Below are positions 8,789 to 18,536 of a stretch of 64,000 nt of DNA, piece after piece. Each line of letters starts with the position of its first letter. Position 1 is the first letter of the stretch. The translations under genes and the position numbers were made by a program. This DNA is from an uncultured Spirochaetota bacterium. Lineage in GTDB: Bacteria > Spirochaetota > Brevinematia > Brevinematales > JAOACQ01. The stretch is from positions 1,230,080-1,294,079 of the forward strand of contig CAVYGN010000001.1 of assembly GCA_963768055.1 (NCBI GenBank), written 5' to 3'. Under the pieces are notes generated by a model. It was not told where the DNA came from. It did not search any database and saw only the letters and a program-made list of their open reading frames with translations.

Positions 8789-9640
8789 TTAATTTCTCTT
8801 TGAGACCGCTTCCTGTTTTATTTTTTTTGCTTCGGCGTCTTTTTTCCTGATATCCTGCTCAAGCTTGTCTTTCCATTTTTCGATTGTTTTTTTCGTTTCC
8901 TGGGCCTGTAACTGTTCATTCAATATAATATATATGCGCAGGAGCAAATTGAGGAATTCTATCCCCTTGTTCATGTCCGTTACACCCATTGTGGTTAGTT
9001 CATATTTATTTCTGTATTTCTGTGCGGCGTTTTCAATAAGTCTTTTGGCCAGCTGGAACAGCTCGTTTATTTCCTTGTAGAAAGGCGTTGTTGGATCGTA
9101 TACCTGCTGGGCGTAAACCTTGAAATTTATCATGTTCTTTGTAAGGGCGGCAAGCTTTCCGTACATTTCAACAAACGTCCATTTCCATTTTGAAGTATCG
9201 CCTTCAGCAAGCTGGACGATCGCTATGCAGTAATCTATCTTTTTCAGAAGATTTAAAACTCTTTTAGGATTCAAGAGAGATAGCTTCTCGATTATTTCCG
9301 CATTATCGGTAAGGGAGGAATCGATTATATTCCCTACTATAGTTTCAAGCATTTTTATTGCCTGGTAAATGTTCTTTCTTGAATTAGTAAGGTACAGGTC
9401 GTTTTTCATATCCATAATTTGAATGCTGTATTCGTTCATTTTAGCATAAACTTTGACTGTTTCAAGATAATTATTACTCGCAGCCACTCTTTTATAAAAT
9501 GAGACCGTCTCTTTATCCCTCATGCCTTCGCGTTCGAATTTCTGGGCCTTTTTCTGGATCGTTTCAACCTTTTCTTTAAGGTCTTTAACGGTTATGTTAT
9601 AAGCCTCTTTTTTTTCCTTTGGAATCTGTTTAAGCGGCAT
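8789..9640 (-). CDS. Hypothetical all-helical protein, K/E-rich termini
   Basis: 283-aa ORF with no overlapping competitor and no motif I recognise. Confidence 0.5.
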   Translation of the reverse strand: MPLKQIPKEKKEAYNITVKDLKEKVETIQKKAQKFEREGMRDKETVSFYKRVAASNNYLETVKVYAKMNEYSIQIMDMKNDLYLTNSRKNIYQAIKMLETIVGNIIDSSLTDNAEIIEKLSLLNPKRVLNLLKKIDYCIAIVQLAEGDTSKWKWTFVEMYGKLAALTKNMINFKVYAQQVYDPTTPFYKEINELFQLAKRLIENAAQKYRNKYELTTMGVTDMNKGIEFLNLLLRIYIILNEQLQAQETKKTIEKWKDKLEQDIRKKDAEAKKIKQEAVSKRN

Positions 9641-9742
9641 TTGATTATTAACCCCGACTTTTCTATTTACATTTATTATTATATAATGCTAATATTATAA
9701 TCGGAATTTTTATGTTTACAAATAAAGAGGGGCCTTTTTTTT

Positions 9743-10906
9743 ATGAGTGATAATAAATTTTTCGATAAGATACTTGAAAATATCTCGAGGCTGGACGAAA
9801 CCAAGATCAAGTCCCTCATGGAAAACCTGGAAAACGAAAAGCGGATCTATAGGGACGCTCTTGAGAATTCTGAAGAAGCCCTTATAATCGTCAATGAAAA
9901 TAAGATATTCTTTATAAACCGGAACGCCAAAAGGCTGCTGATAACTCCGAATGTAATCAATCTTCCCGCATATCCCAATGAATTGAAAAAGCAGGTGGGC
10001 AACCAGGATCTTTTCTCTTTTCTGTTGAAAGCTATGGCAATGAACGATTTTAAAAAAGAATTCGCGGACAGTTCGAGGGAATCAAGGTATTATTTTGTCG
10101 AGAGGGTAACGGTTTCCAAGAATATTTTCCTTATCAAAGTAAAGGATATTTCAAAAAATAAGGAGATGGAATTCCAGTTGAAAAACCTGGAATCGGTTTC
10201 CGCCCTCAATACCCTTGCCGCCGGAATAGCCCATGAGATTAAAAATCCGCTCACAGCGATTGACCTTCATACCCAGATTTTAAAAAAAGGGATAAACAAG
10301 AAGATGATCGAGGTACCTCCAGAAGTTCTTCAATATGTTCAGATCATTGACGAGGAACAGAGAAGGCTTGGCCTGATCGTGAACGACTTCCTTACTGCCG
10401 CCAGGAAACGCGATCTCAAGCTTACTTTTGAAGATATAAATCAATACCTGAGAGATATACTGTTCCTGATCAAGCCGGAAATAGAAAAAAACGAGATCGG
10501 CCTCAATGAGGAATACGAAGATGTGCCCAAGATATTTATCGATAAGGATTACCTTAAACAGGCGGTGATAAATCTTTTGAAAAACGCGATGGAATCGATG
10601 AAAGCTTCCGTGAACGTTCAGGCCAAAAAAAAGATTCTCACTGTAAGGACATTTTATGACAATGCGATGGATTCTGTCGGCATCTCTATAATTGACAACG
10701 GGATGGGTATCGATAGTGAGAAAATAAAGAAAATTTTCGAACCCTATTACTCCACAAAAGACTATGGAACGGGCCTGGGTTTGACCATTGTCTATAAGAT
10801 AATACAGGAACATGGGGGCGATATCAAGGTCGAAAGCAGGAAAGGGGAAGGCAGTAATTTTACAATATACCTGCCTCTCTCAAAGGGGACAAAATTGATC
10901 TCTTAA
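9743..10906 (+). CDS. Cytoplasmic sensor histidine kinase (PAS-like N-terminus, HisKA, HATPase_c); no cognate response regulator adjacent
   Basis: H-box AHEIKNPLTAI, N-box LLKNAMESM, G-boxes DNGMGI and GTGLGL. No TM segments. Confidence 0.9.
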   Translation: MSDNKFFDKILENISRLDETKIKSLMENLENEKRIYRDALENSEEALIIVNENKIFFINRNAKRLLITPNVINLPAYPNELKKQVGNQDLFSFLLKAMAMNDFKKEFADSSRESRYYFVERVTVSKNIFLIKVKDISKNKEMEFQLKNLESVSALNTLAAGIAHEIKNPLTAIDLHTQILKKGINKKMIEVPPEVLQYVQIIDEEQRRLGLIVNDFLTAARKRDLKLTFEDINQYLRDILFLIKPEIEKNEIGLNEEYEDVPKIFIDKDYLKQAVINLLKNAMESMKASVNVQAKKKILTVRTFYDNAMDSVGISIIDNGMGIDSEKIKKIFEPYYSTKDYGTGLGLTIVYKIIQEHGGDIKVESRKGEGSNFTIYLPLSKGTKLIS

Positions 10907-10945
10907 TCTGCGTCGGAGAAATTGACCCCAGGTATTTCATTCTAA

Positions 10946-11530
10946 CTACGCTATATTGTCAGTCGCAGAATCATCCATTCTGAAGTGGAATTTATAATTT
11001 ATTTCCTTATCGCCTTTTTCGATGGTTTTGATTTTTTCATAAGTAATGGATTTTGCCCCGCAAAGCTCGAGTATTTTATTAAGATAACCCATTACGACAT
11101 ATTCAAAATGATAGTGGTTAATAGGAACATTATACAGCCTTGCATCTACGCTTCCAGGTTCATACTTTACTTCAACATCTCCGGCGGTATAATACACTTT
11201 CCATAAAACCGGAAGCGCTTCCGTCACTACACGGCCTATCTCTCTATTTTTAATCAAATTCCTGTAAGGCCCATCTATTAAAGCATATTCCGCGGATTTT
11301 TCCCCCATTATCCAATATACTCTATTATCATTGTTATAAAATTTTTTTAATGAAAGATCGCTGAATAAAAGGAACTTATCAACGGGGATCAGGGTAAACG
11401 GCAGAATGTCGTTTTTAAAATACGGTTCCTTTTCGATTACCTCATTCATCAATTCTTTAAACTTCTCTTCCCCGAATTGTGAAATAATCATTTTTTTTCT
11501 TGCCACGAATGCCGTCCCCTTTACTTCCAT
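10946..11530 (-). CDS. Hypothetical protein, possibly DUF2378 / H-NOX-V4R-like small-ligand-binding fold
   Basis: 194 aa from ATG 11530. The track start GTG 11542 overlaps the GGAGG (11540-11536) that sits 5 nt before ATG 11530. Family assignment is by overall pattern only. Confidence 0.45.
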   Translation of the reverse strand: MEVKGTAFVARKKMIISQFGEEKFKELMNEVIEKEPYFKNDILPFTLIPVDKFLLFSDLSLKKFYNNDNRVYWIMGEKSAEYALIDGPYRNLIKNREIGRVVTEALPVLWKVYYTAGDVEVKYEPGSVDARLYNVPINHYHFEYVVMGYLNKILELCGAKSITYEKIKTIEKGDKEINYKFHFRMDDSATDNIA

Positions 11531-11649
11531 AAAAACCTCCACATTATTTTTTGCGGATTAATATTGCTCATTATAATTAACCTTATATAAATAGCAATAA
11601 TAAATATTTTTGTCAAATGAGAATTAAAAAAGCTTGCTTTTCCGGACGC

Positions 11650-12858
11650 TTATAACTGATAACCAAAGGAAACGCCGGCTGTAAAAGCCCCTCCGTAGGC
11701 TGTAGTTACAGGTATTAACCATATTGAACCCGATGAGGGTTTAGCTGTTAAATCATAGCCGTAAAATGCGTAAGGCATAATTACAAAATTGGCTACTTTT
11801 ATAGTAAATCCCCCCCCTATTTTTAATAAAAGAGGGCTGAATACATCAATTTGATCCTGGGTTAGCGTTACCGTTATGCCGTTTTCAGTTTCATTTAATA
11901 AAAAAACCTTTTCAAGCCCTATTGCAGGCCAGAAACTGAAAACGCTCGAGCCTAAAGGCAATTTAAGGAATATGCTTAAATCAAGGAATGAATCAGCGAC
12001 ATTTGTAACTGTTATATTTGTAGTATTGCCTAAAAGTACAAAAGAAGCGCTGGGTTGACCGGAATTAATACCATAACCTGCGCTTACGTTCAAGTAAGTC
12101 AAATCTAAAAATGTGCTGATGTACATGCTCGGTTCGCTAAAAACAGCACTCCATGGCAAAGATAAAGGGCTGCCCAGGCTGCCTGATAACAAATCCAAAT
12201 ATGATATATACTTCAAATCCAAACCGAAGCTTATAATGCTCGAATGCTGCTCATTTGTTTTTACCGGTATGTTTGTTTCCGCTTTTTCCTCGCTCGGATG
12301 CTGCTCCTCAGTTTTTTCCGGAGCGTTTGTTTCTATTTTTCCTTCGCTCGAAGGCTGCTCATTTGTTTTTTCCGGAATGTTTGTTTCTATTTTTTCTTCA
12401 TCAGAATAAGCCTCAAAACCGGCGTTTATATAAACACTGCCTTCATTATTCTCGAAACTGCCTCTTTCGCCGTTAGGAACAAAGATCACAAAATCATTTT
12501 TCTTTAATTCAACAGTTATATATTGGCCTTTCATGTTTTCTTCCGCTTTTTCAGGCGTTGATTCTTCCCCGTCGCTTCCCATCTGATAATCGAAAGATAC
12601 CGGGTACCCGTTGTTTCCATTCCCCCAGACAATATCCCGGTTAATATAGACCAGAATTTTTGTTTTATAACCGGGCTTTTCACTCAATTTATAAGCCCCT
12701 CTGGTAAATTCGAATGTATATGTGCCGGATTCTTCGGCAATATATTTTGTACCTGAGCTCATGTTTCCAGCTATTTGAATTTCTTTAGCGGCTCCAAAAG
12801 AAACCGCCGTAATAAAAAAGCAGAGGACCAACCCCGTTAAGGTTTTAATGCTCCACAT
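11650..12858 (-). CDS. Secreted protein: N-terminal beta-sandwich-like domain, 3x18-aa E/K/T-rich tandem repeat, C-terminal outer-membrane beta-barrel-like domain
   Basis: Signal peptide MWSIKTLTGLVLCFFITAVSFGAA. Alternating-hydrophobic strands in the last ~190 aa. AGGAG lies 7 nt upstream of the ATG. Confidence 0.65.
   Translation of the reverse strand: MWSIKTLTGLVLCFFITAVSFGAAKEIQIAGNMSSGTKYIAEESGTYTFEFTRGAYKLSEKPGYKTKILVYINRDIVWGNGNNGYPVSFDYQMGSDGEESTPEKAEENMKGQYITVELKKNDFVIFVPNGERGSFENNEGSVYINAGFEAYSDEEKIETNIPEKTNEQPSSEGKIETNAPEKTEEQHPSEEKAETNIPVKTNEQHSSIISFGLDLKYISYLDLLSGSLGSPLSLPWSAVFSEPSMYISTFLDLTYLNVSAGYGINSGQPSASFVLLGNTTNITVTNVADSFLDLSIFLKLPLGSSVFSFWPAIGLEKVFLLNETENGITVTLTQDQIDVFSPLLLKIGGGFTIKVANFVIMPYAFYGYDLTAKPSSGSIWLIPVTTAYGGAFTAGVSFGYQL
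12238..12399 (-). repeat. Three tandem copies of a ~54-nt coding repeat
   Basis: Encodes EKIETNIPEKTNEQPSSE / GKIETNAPEKTEEQHPSE / EKAETNIPVKTNEQHSS. The nucleotide repeat is visible as gctgctcatttgttttt...ggaatgtttgtttc units. Confidence 0.85.
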
Positions 12859-12903
12859 TTTTTTCTCCTAAAAATACCGGGATGAACACTTTTCCTTACC
12901 GAA

Positions 12904-12932
12904 ATTCTAATTCAGCGAATTTTTATTGTCAA
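12904..12932 (-). promoter_or_regulatory. Candidate sigma70 promoter (TTGACA-17 nt-TAGAAT) for the 11650-12858 gene
   Basis: Minus-strand reading is ttgacaataaaaattcgctgaattagaat. It lies ~45 nt upstream of the ATG. Confidence 0.55.
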
Positions 12933-12983
12933 TATTATTATCCGGGGCAATAAAATATTATGCTCAAAGCAGATCGATCATTA

Positions 12984-13018
12984 CTGCCGACTGCCGGCTG
13001 CCGGCTATCGACTGGGAT
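12984..13018 (-). repeat. Imperfect heptanucleotide tandem array (locus C)
   Basis: The minus strand reads CAGTCGA TAGCCGG CAGCCGG CAGTCGG CAG. It shares AGTCGATAG with loci A and B. It sits between the ttcA stop and the promoter at 12904-12932. Confidence 0.65.
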
Positions 13019-13019
13019 A

Positions 13020-13814
13020 TTAAGGCCTTTTAAAAAGGCCCGAGGATTTCGGTGAAAAGAACCTGTCCAGGAGATAATCCGGCTTCGGGTTCCTGAAGGC
13101 TGCGAATATATTTTTAGAAAATCCCGGGATCTTCGGTGAAAGTATCTTGATCATATCCCTCACTTTCTCCCTCCTGAGATCCCGGCGTATCATTTTTGAA
13201 GGGCAGACTTCTCCGAAAACAGGCAGAACTTCTTCCCTTCCGTATATGAAGCTTTCAAGCCTTGGTTTAGATATATAACAAAGGGGCCTGATCAGCGACA
13301 TTTTGCCGCCGAAGATATCCAGCCTCGGAAGCATTGAAGAAAGCTCCCTGCCGTAGAACATATTCATAAGGCTGGTCTCCACGATATCGTCCATATGGTG
13401 GCCCAGGGCTATGGATGAGCATTCATGACCCGAAGCGTATTTGATCAATTCGGTCCTTCTTTTCCGGGAACAAAGAAAGCATGTATCCCTCCGCCTGAAA
13501 TTTTCATCGGTCAGTATTTTTACCGCTGTAATCTTGATAATATCCATGGATAGCCCTGTTTTTTCCGCAACACAGGTCCTTAATTTTTCTATTCTCTCGT
13601 TATGAAGGGAATTTTCCCCGTTAAAGTTATCAACAAACACGGGAAAAAGTTTATATTTTATAGGGATACGGTCAAGCCGGGCATAGAGAAGGAGGAGCAG
13701 TGCAAGGCTGTCGATTCCGCCTGACAGCCCTATCACAATACGGTCGCCGTCCTTTATCATTTCATAATCGTTTATCGCGAGCCCCATCAGCTTTGAAAGA
13801 TTTTTCTCGGTCAA
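13020..13814 (-). CDS. ttcA: tRNA 2-thiocytidine biosynthesis protein TtcA-like PP-loop ATPase
   Basis: PP-loop LSGGIDS and CFLCSRKRR cysteine motif. TTG start with GGAGG 8 nt upstream. Confidence 0.8.
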   Translation of the reverse strand: MTEKNLSKLMGLAINDYEMIKDGDRIVIGLSGGIDSLALLLLLYARLDRIPIKYKLFPVFVDNFNGENSLHNERIEKLRTCVAEKTGLSMDIIKITAVKILTDENFRRRDTCFLCSRKRRTELIKYASGHECSSIALGHHMDDIVETSLMNMFYGRELSSMLPRLDIFGGKMSLIRPLCYISKPRLESFIYGREEVLPVFGEVCPSKMIRRDLRREKVRDMIKILSPKIPGFSKNIFAAFRNPKPDYLLDRFFSPKSSGLFKRP

Positions 13815-13988
13815 TGAATATGCCTCCGATTTTAAAGCTTATTATAACAAAATATTCAAAATATTTCTCATTATTGCCCTCGCGACAATCATTAAAGAAA
13901 TGTTCTGGAATAACCGGCTTAATTGTGTTATAATTTTATCACACTGCAAAGCTCACGCCTTCGCAGTGATCCATCAAGGAGAAATTAC

Positions 13989-14654
13989 TTGAAAGAATTC
14001 GACAGGCTTTATGACATAGTTAAAACTCTCAGGACCAAGTGCCCCTGGGACAGGGAACAGACTCCCCGGTCGGCGACCGCCGATCTTGTGGAAGAGGTCT
14101 ATGAAACAATTGAAGCGATAGAACTTGATAAGCCGGCAGACGCCAGGGAAGAACTTGGCGATTTGATCTTCCTTGTACTTTTTATCGGCAGAATGTACGA
14201 GGAATCCGGATATTTTACCTTTATGGATATTCTTAACGAGATTTCAGAAAAGCTTATCAGGCGCCACCCGCATGTTTTCGGAGACAGGAAGGAGAAAAAC
14301 ATCGACGAGATCCTTGTAAAATGGGAAGCGATAAAATCCTCCGAAAAGAAAAATTCACATAGAAAAACGCCTTTTGACGGAATTCCTAAAAAACTCCCTG
14401 AAATTCAAAGATTCGATAAAATACTCGAAAAAGCCAGAAGGGTAGAGCTCGAGATTCCTGAAATTAAAGATAGTGAACTGGCCGGGACTTTAAGCTTCTT
14501 TATTGAGAATAAAAACGAGGAAAGTTTTTCGGAGTTTCTTGAGAAATTTTTAATATACTCTTTTCAAAAAAAATTTTCAATCCCGCCGCTGATAAGGAAA
14601 ATAGGCCGGAAAACCGTTTCCAGATATAAAAAAATCGTCAAAATAATTAAGTAA
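13989..14654 (+). CDS. mazG: MazG-family nucleoside triphosphate pyrophosphohydrolase
   Basis: FDRLYDIVKTLRTKCPWDREQT...EEVYETIEAIE...ELGDLIFLV...IRRHPHVF. I prefer TTG 13989 (AAGGAG at 13975-13980, 8-nt spacing) to the track start 13923. Confidence 0.8.
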   Translation: MKEFDRLYDIVKTLRTKCPWDREQTPRSATADLVEEVYETIEAIELDKPADAREELGDLIFLVLFIGRMYEESGYFTFMDILNEISEKLIRRHPHVFGDRKEKNIDEILVKWEAIKSSEKKNSHRKTPFDGIPKKLPEIQRFDKILEKARRVELEIPEIKDSELAGTLSFFIENKNEESFSEFLEKFLIYSFQKKFSIPPLIRKIGRKTVSRYKKIVKIIK

Positions 14655-14734
14655 CAGAACTTTAATAACGATACTATATATATAAATAGGATTCCCCTTT
14701 GAGGGAGTCCGAATAAATTCCAAGGAGGGAATTT

Positions 14735-15040
14735 ATGATTGTTAACGGATTAAGCCCGGGTATAGCTATCAATGATACCGTGACGCCGGTACCCGACAGG
14801 GATCTTCTTCAAAAACAGGAGATCGAACAGGAAATACGCATTGAAAGGCAGAAGCTTGAAAAAGACACTGCTGAAAAAAACCCGAAAAAGGATTCCAGCA
14901 GATCTTCTGAACCTGATATGAGCGAATATTACCTGAAAGAGCTTCTCTTTCTCATGAGTTCCAGGGGAAATACGGCAACGATAGAAAAATTAGCTCAGCT
15001 TCTTAAAAAAGAAAGGGATACTTTGACTGGAGTTAAATGA
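14735..15040 (+). CDS. Small hypothetical protein (101 aa), charged middle and helical C-terminus
   Basis: AAGGAGGG lies 5 nt upstream of the ATG. No recognisable motif. Confidence 0.5.
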   Translation: MIVNGLSPGIAINDTVTPVPDRDLLQKQEIEQEIRIERQKLEKDTAEKNPKKDSSRSSEPDMSEYYLKELLFLMSSRGNTATIEKLAQLLKKERDTLTGVK

Positions 15041-15106
15041 AAAGCCCGGAATTTGCCATATCGTAAACTTTTATTTGCAAAACCGCACTATCAAAAATTG
15101 TTTAAT

Positions 15107-15135
15107 TTGAAAAAAAAGACGGCCTGTGCTATTAT
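15107..15135 (+). promoter_or_regulatory. Candidate sigma70 promoter (TTGAAA-17 nt-TATTAT) for paaK
   Basis: ttgaaaaaaaagacggcctgtgctattat, ending ~25 nt before the ATG at 15160. Confidence 0.45.
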
Positions 15136-15159
15136 ATTCGAACAATTAAGGAGTGCGGC

Positions 15160-16467
15160 ATGCCTGTCTGGAACCCTCAAATTGAATCCATGCCGAGAAG
15201 AGATTTAAAAGAACTTCAATTAGCCAAGCTTAAAAAACTCGCTGAATATGTTTACAAAAATGTACCTTTTTACAGAAAAAAATTCGATTCAATTAATTTC
15301 AAGCCCGATTCAATAAAAAAACTTGATGATATAAAATATATTCCATTTACTTCGAAAGACGATCTGAGAGATAATTACCCCTTTCAGCTTTTCGCTACGC
15401 CCCTCCGCGATGTCGTCAGGATCCATGCTTCAAGCGGCACGACAGGCAAACCCACCGTAGTGGGCTACACAAAAAAAGACCTCGAACTCTGGAGTGAATT
15501 AATGGCGCGTATACATACTGCCGGGGGAGTGACCAGGGACGATATTGCGCAAATTTCATTCGGATACGGACTTTTTACCGGAGGATTCGGGCATCATTAC
15601 GGACTCGAAAAAATCGGAGCCACTGTAATCCCTGCCTCAAGCGGAAACACGGAACGCCAGGTGCAGATCATGAAAGATTTCGGTACAACAGTACTGATCT
15701 GTACACCCTCATACGCCTTGCATATCGCCGATGTAATGAATGAAATGGGTGTAGATCCGAAAACCGATCTCAAACTTAAATTCGGACTTTTCGGAGCCGA
15801 GCCATGGAGCGAGTCGATAAGGAGAGAGATCGAAAAAAAACTTAACGTAACGGCAACCGATAATTACGGCCTTTCGGAATTAATAGGCCCCGGAGTATCC
15901 GGAGAATGCCTTGAAAAAAACGGGATGCATGTAAATGAAGATTCTTTCCTCGTTGAAATTATCGACCCGGAGACCGGGGAAAGCCTTAAAGACGGCGATA
16001 AGGGCGAATTAGTCATTACGCCCCTTGACAAGGAAGCCCTGCCCCTTCTGCGTTATCGAACAAAAGACCTTTCGATATTTTCTCCCGAACCCTGCCGCTG
16101 CGGCAGGACTACGGCCCGAATTATGAAGATCCTGGGCCGGACCGACGATATGCTTATTATCCGCGGGATCAATGTTTTCCCTTCTCAGATCGAAGAAGCC
16201 CTCCTGGAAGTCGAGGGCATAGCGCCTCATTACCAGATAATTGTCGAAAGGCAGAAAAATATCGATACCCTTGAAGTCCATGTCGAAGTCACCGACAGAT
16301 TGTTTTTTGATGAAATGAAAAAAATAGTCGAACTTGAAACCCGGATCGTCGACAGGTTATATACCGTACTGGGAATCAAGGTAAAGCTGAAATTAGTAGA
16401 GCCGAGGACCATAGAAAGAAGCATAGGCAAGGCCAGGCGGGTTATCGATAACAGGAAAATTTTTTAG
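15160..16467 (+). CDS. paaK: Phenylacetate-CoA ligase family (PaaK / coenzyme F390 synthetase-like adenylate-forming enzyme)
   Basis: 435 aa. N-terminal block [27 protein letters not shown]-binding motif SSGTTGKPT, and YRTKD. Confidence 0.85.
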   Translation: MPVWNPQIESMPRRDLKELQLAKLKKLAEYVYKNVPFYRKKFDSINFKPDSIKKLDDIKYIPFTSKDDLRDNYPFQLFATPLRDVVRIHASSGTTGKPTVVGYTKKDLELWSELMARIHTAGGVTRDDIAQISFGYGLFTGGFGHHYGLEKIGATVIPASSGNTERQVQIMKDFGTTVLICTPSYALHIADVMNEMGVDPKTDLKLKFGLFGAEPWSESIRREIEKKLNVTATDNYGLSELIGPGVSGECLEKNGMHVNEDSFLVEIIDPETGESLKDGDKGELVITPLDKEALPLLRYRTKDLSIFSPEPCRCGRTTARIMKILGRTDDMLIIRGINVFPSQIEEALLEVEGIAPHYQIIVERQKNIDTLEVHVEVTDRLFFDEMKKIVELETRIVDRLYTVLGIKVKLKLVEPRTIERSIGKARRVIDNRKIF

Positions 16468-16489
16468 TGCCTTACAGCTAAAAGCACCG

Positions 16490-17257
16490 TTAATCGAATT
16501 CAATAATTTGCCCGTCAAAAGCCAGATTTATCCCTCCGGGCAGGGTAAGACTATCCCTTTCATGAAGAAAATGGTGGGTCAAATGAATCAGGTATGTTTT
16601 TTCAGGCTTAATAATTTCCGAAAGCCTGACAGCATCTTCGAGGTTAAAATGGGTCGGATGGGGCTCGCGTCTTAAAGCGTTTATTACAAGCTGCTTAACC
16701 CCATGAATTTTTTCTATGCTTTGCCCTGAAATAAAACTCGCATCGGTAATATAGGCCAGATTTCCGATCCTGTAGCCAAGGATCGGAATAACGCCATGCA
16801 TGACAGGTATGGGAATTATTTCAAGTTCATTGATCTTGAAATCATTTTTTACATTAATGAGATTTATTCTAGGTTTTCCGCCGCCTTCCTGGGTTTTTTT
16901 GAAGATATAACCGAATCGTATCTTTATCTCTTCCAAGGCCTCTTCATTGCCGAATATATCTATAATCCTTTTCATCAGGAAATTAAACTGACGGACTTCG
17001 TCCAGGCCGCCGATATGATCCTGGTGGGAATGAGTTATAAGGATCCCGTCAATCCATTCAATCCCATATTTAAGCGCCTGATACCTGAAATCAGGCCCTA
17101 TGTCTATGAGTATTTTCGTCCCGGCGGCACTTACAAAATATGCGCTGCTCCTGAGCCTTTTATCTTTAGGGTCGGAAGACTTGCATATCTCGCATCTACA
17201 GCCCGGAACCGGAACCCCGCTCGAGGTTCCGGTCCCCAGAAAAGTCAGTTTATGCAT
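16490..17257 (-). CDS. MBL-fold metallo-hydrolase (PhnP-like phosphodiesterase family)
   Basis: HSHQDHIGG (HxHxDH) and an N-terminal CxCxxC cluster, GCRCEIC. Confidence 0.75.
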   Translation of the reverse strand: MHKLTFLGTGTSSGVPVPGCRCEICKSSDPKDKRLRSSAYFVSAAGTKILIDIGPDFRYQALKYGIEWIDGILITHSHQDHIGGLDEVRQFNFLMKRIIDIFGNEEALEEIKIRFGYIFKKTQEGGGKPRINLINVKNDFKINELEIIPIPVMHGVIPILGYRIGNLAYITDASFISGQSIEKIHGVKQLVINALRREPHPTHFNLEDAVRLSEIIKPEKTYLIHLTHHFLHERDSLTLPGGINLAFDGQIIEFD

Positions 17258-17269
17258 ATCAATCCCTGC

Positions 17270-18526
17270 TCATTCATTGCCGGATGACTTTAATTTGCGA
17301 AGCCATTCCATTATCTTTTTCTCGAAACCGAGGGTGCCAGGTTCATAATAAGACACTTCATTTTCAGTGTATTTCTGGTCAATATAATGGTTTTCGAAAT
17401 CATGGGGGTATTTATAACCTTCTGACCTGGCGGGACTTCTCAGATAATCGGGTACATTCATGATGTTTCCATTTTTTATATCTTCCTGCGCTTTATTCAG
17501 GGCCATATATGCGGTGTTGCTTTTCGGGACGCCGGCTAACAGAACGGTTGTAAATGCAAGCAATATCCTGCCCTCCGGCATGCCGATCCTCTCTATACCC
17601 TCGTAACAGCTTACCGCAGCGTTCAGGCCTTCCGGATAAGCGAGCCCTATATCTTCGGATGATAGAATTATCAGCCTCCTTGCAATAAAAAGGGGATCCT
17701 CCCCTCCCTCAAGCATGAGAGCAAGATAATACAGGGCGGCGTCGGCATCGCTTCCCCGGACGGATTTTATAAATGCCGAGATTACATCGTAATGGCCTTC
17801 TTTATCGGAATATTTTGTTTCAGCCGACTGGGTTATTTCAAAAATTTTATCTCGTGTGATCTTTATAATCTCCATATTTCCGCTTGAAAAGGCAGCCATT
17901 TCAAGAATGTTAAGGATCCTCCTGGCGTCTCCGGCCAGGTCGATTAAAAGCTCCCTGGCCCCTTCCTCGAATTCTACCTTGAGTTTTGATAAAACCGAGT
18001 CGTCTGAAAGGGCGTTGTTCAAAATGGTATCAAGCTCCTCCTTTGTATGGTTTTTGAATTCATAAATAAAGAGGCGGGACCTCAACGCCGGCTGCATTAC
18101 GAAATAGGGATTTTCAGTCGTGGCCCCGATTACAGCTATTTCGCCGTTTTCAAGGGATGAAAGAAAAGCGTCCTGTTTCGGCCTGATAAGCCTGTGGATT
18201 TCATCTATAAAAACTATCGTTCTGACCCCGGCCGCGGCGCTTTCCTCTGCCGAGGCAAGGATTTTGCGGATGCCGTCATTATCAAGCTGAAGGGCATTTG
18301 TCCTTATGAAATCGCAGTTCAGTTCGGCTGCTATAATCTCAGCGAGGCTTGTTTTACCCGTAGCAGGGGGCCCGTAAAATATCATTGAGTAGATAGTTTT
18401 GTTTTCAATCATTGTCCGGACAGGCTTGCCCTTATCAATAAGGTGAGACTGGCCTATAAAATCCTTGAGCGTCTTCGGCATCAGCCTTTTTGAAAGAGGC
18501 AGATTGGTATTCAAGAAAAGTTCCAT
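17270..18526 (-). CDS. rarA: Replication-associated recombination protein A (AAA+ ATPase)
   Basis: Walker A GPPATGKTS, Walker B FIDEIHR, and the MgsA C-terminal block YLALMLEGGEDP. Confidence 0.9.
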   Translation of the reverse strand: MELFLNTNLPLSKRLMPKTLKDFIGQSHLIDKGKPVRTMIENKTIYSMIFYGPPATGKTSLAEIIAAELNCDFIRTNALQLDNDGIRKILASAEESAAAGVRTIVFIDEIHRLIRPKQDAFLSSLENGEIAVIGATTENPYFVMQPALRSRLFIYEFKNHTKEELDTILNNALSDDSVLSKLKVEFEEGARELLIDLAGDARRILNILEMAAFSSGNMEIIKITRDKIFEITQSAETKYSDKEGHYDVISAFIKSVRGSDADAALYYLALMLEGGEDPLFIARRLIILSSEDIGLAYPEGLNAAVSCYEGIERIGMPEGRILLAFTTVLLAGVPKSNTAYMALNKAQEDIKNGNIMNVPDYLRSPARSEGYKYPHDFENHYIDQKYTENEVSYYEPGTLGFEKKIMEWLRKLKSSGNE

Positions 18527-18536
18527 CGATCTTCTC

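Noticed and set aside
11617-11640. AAAAGC-aa-GCTTTTTT downstream of the 11650-12858 gene (minus strand), considered as a terminator.
   Set aside because: The stem is short and AT-rich with an impossible 2-nt loop unless it is shortened to 5 bp. The evidence is too weak to call.
14686-14707. Hairpin GGATTCCC-ctttga-GGGAGTCC after mazG, considered as a rho-independent terminator.
   Set aside because: It is not followed by a T-run, and it lies only ~28 nt before the RBS of the next gene. I cannot distinguish a terminator from a chance inverted repeat.
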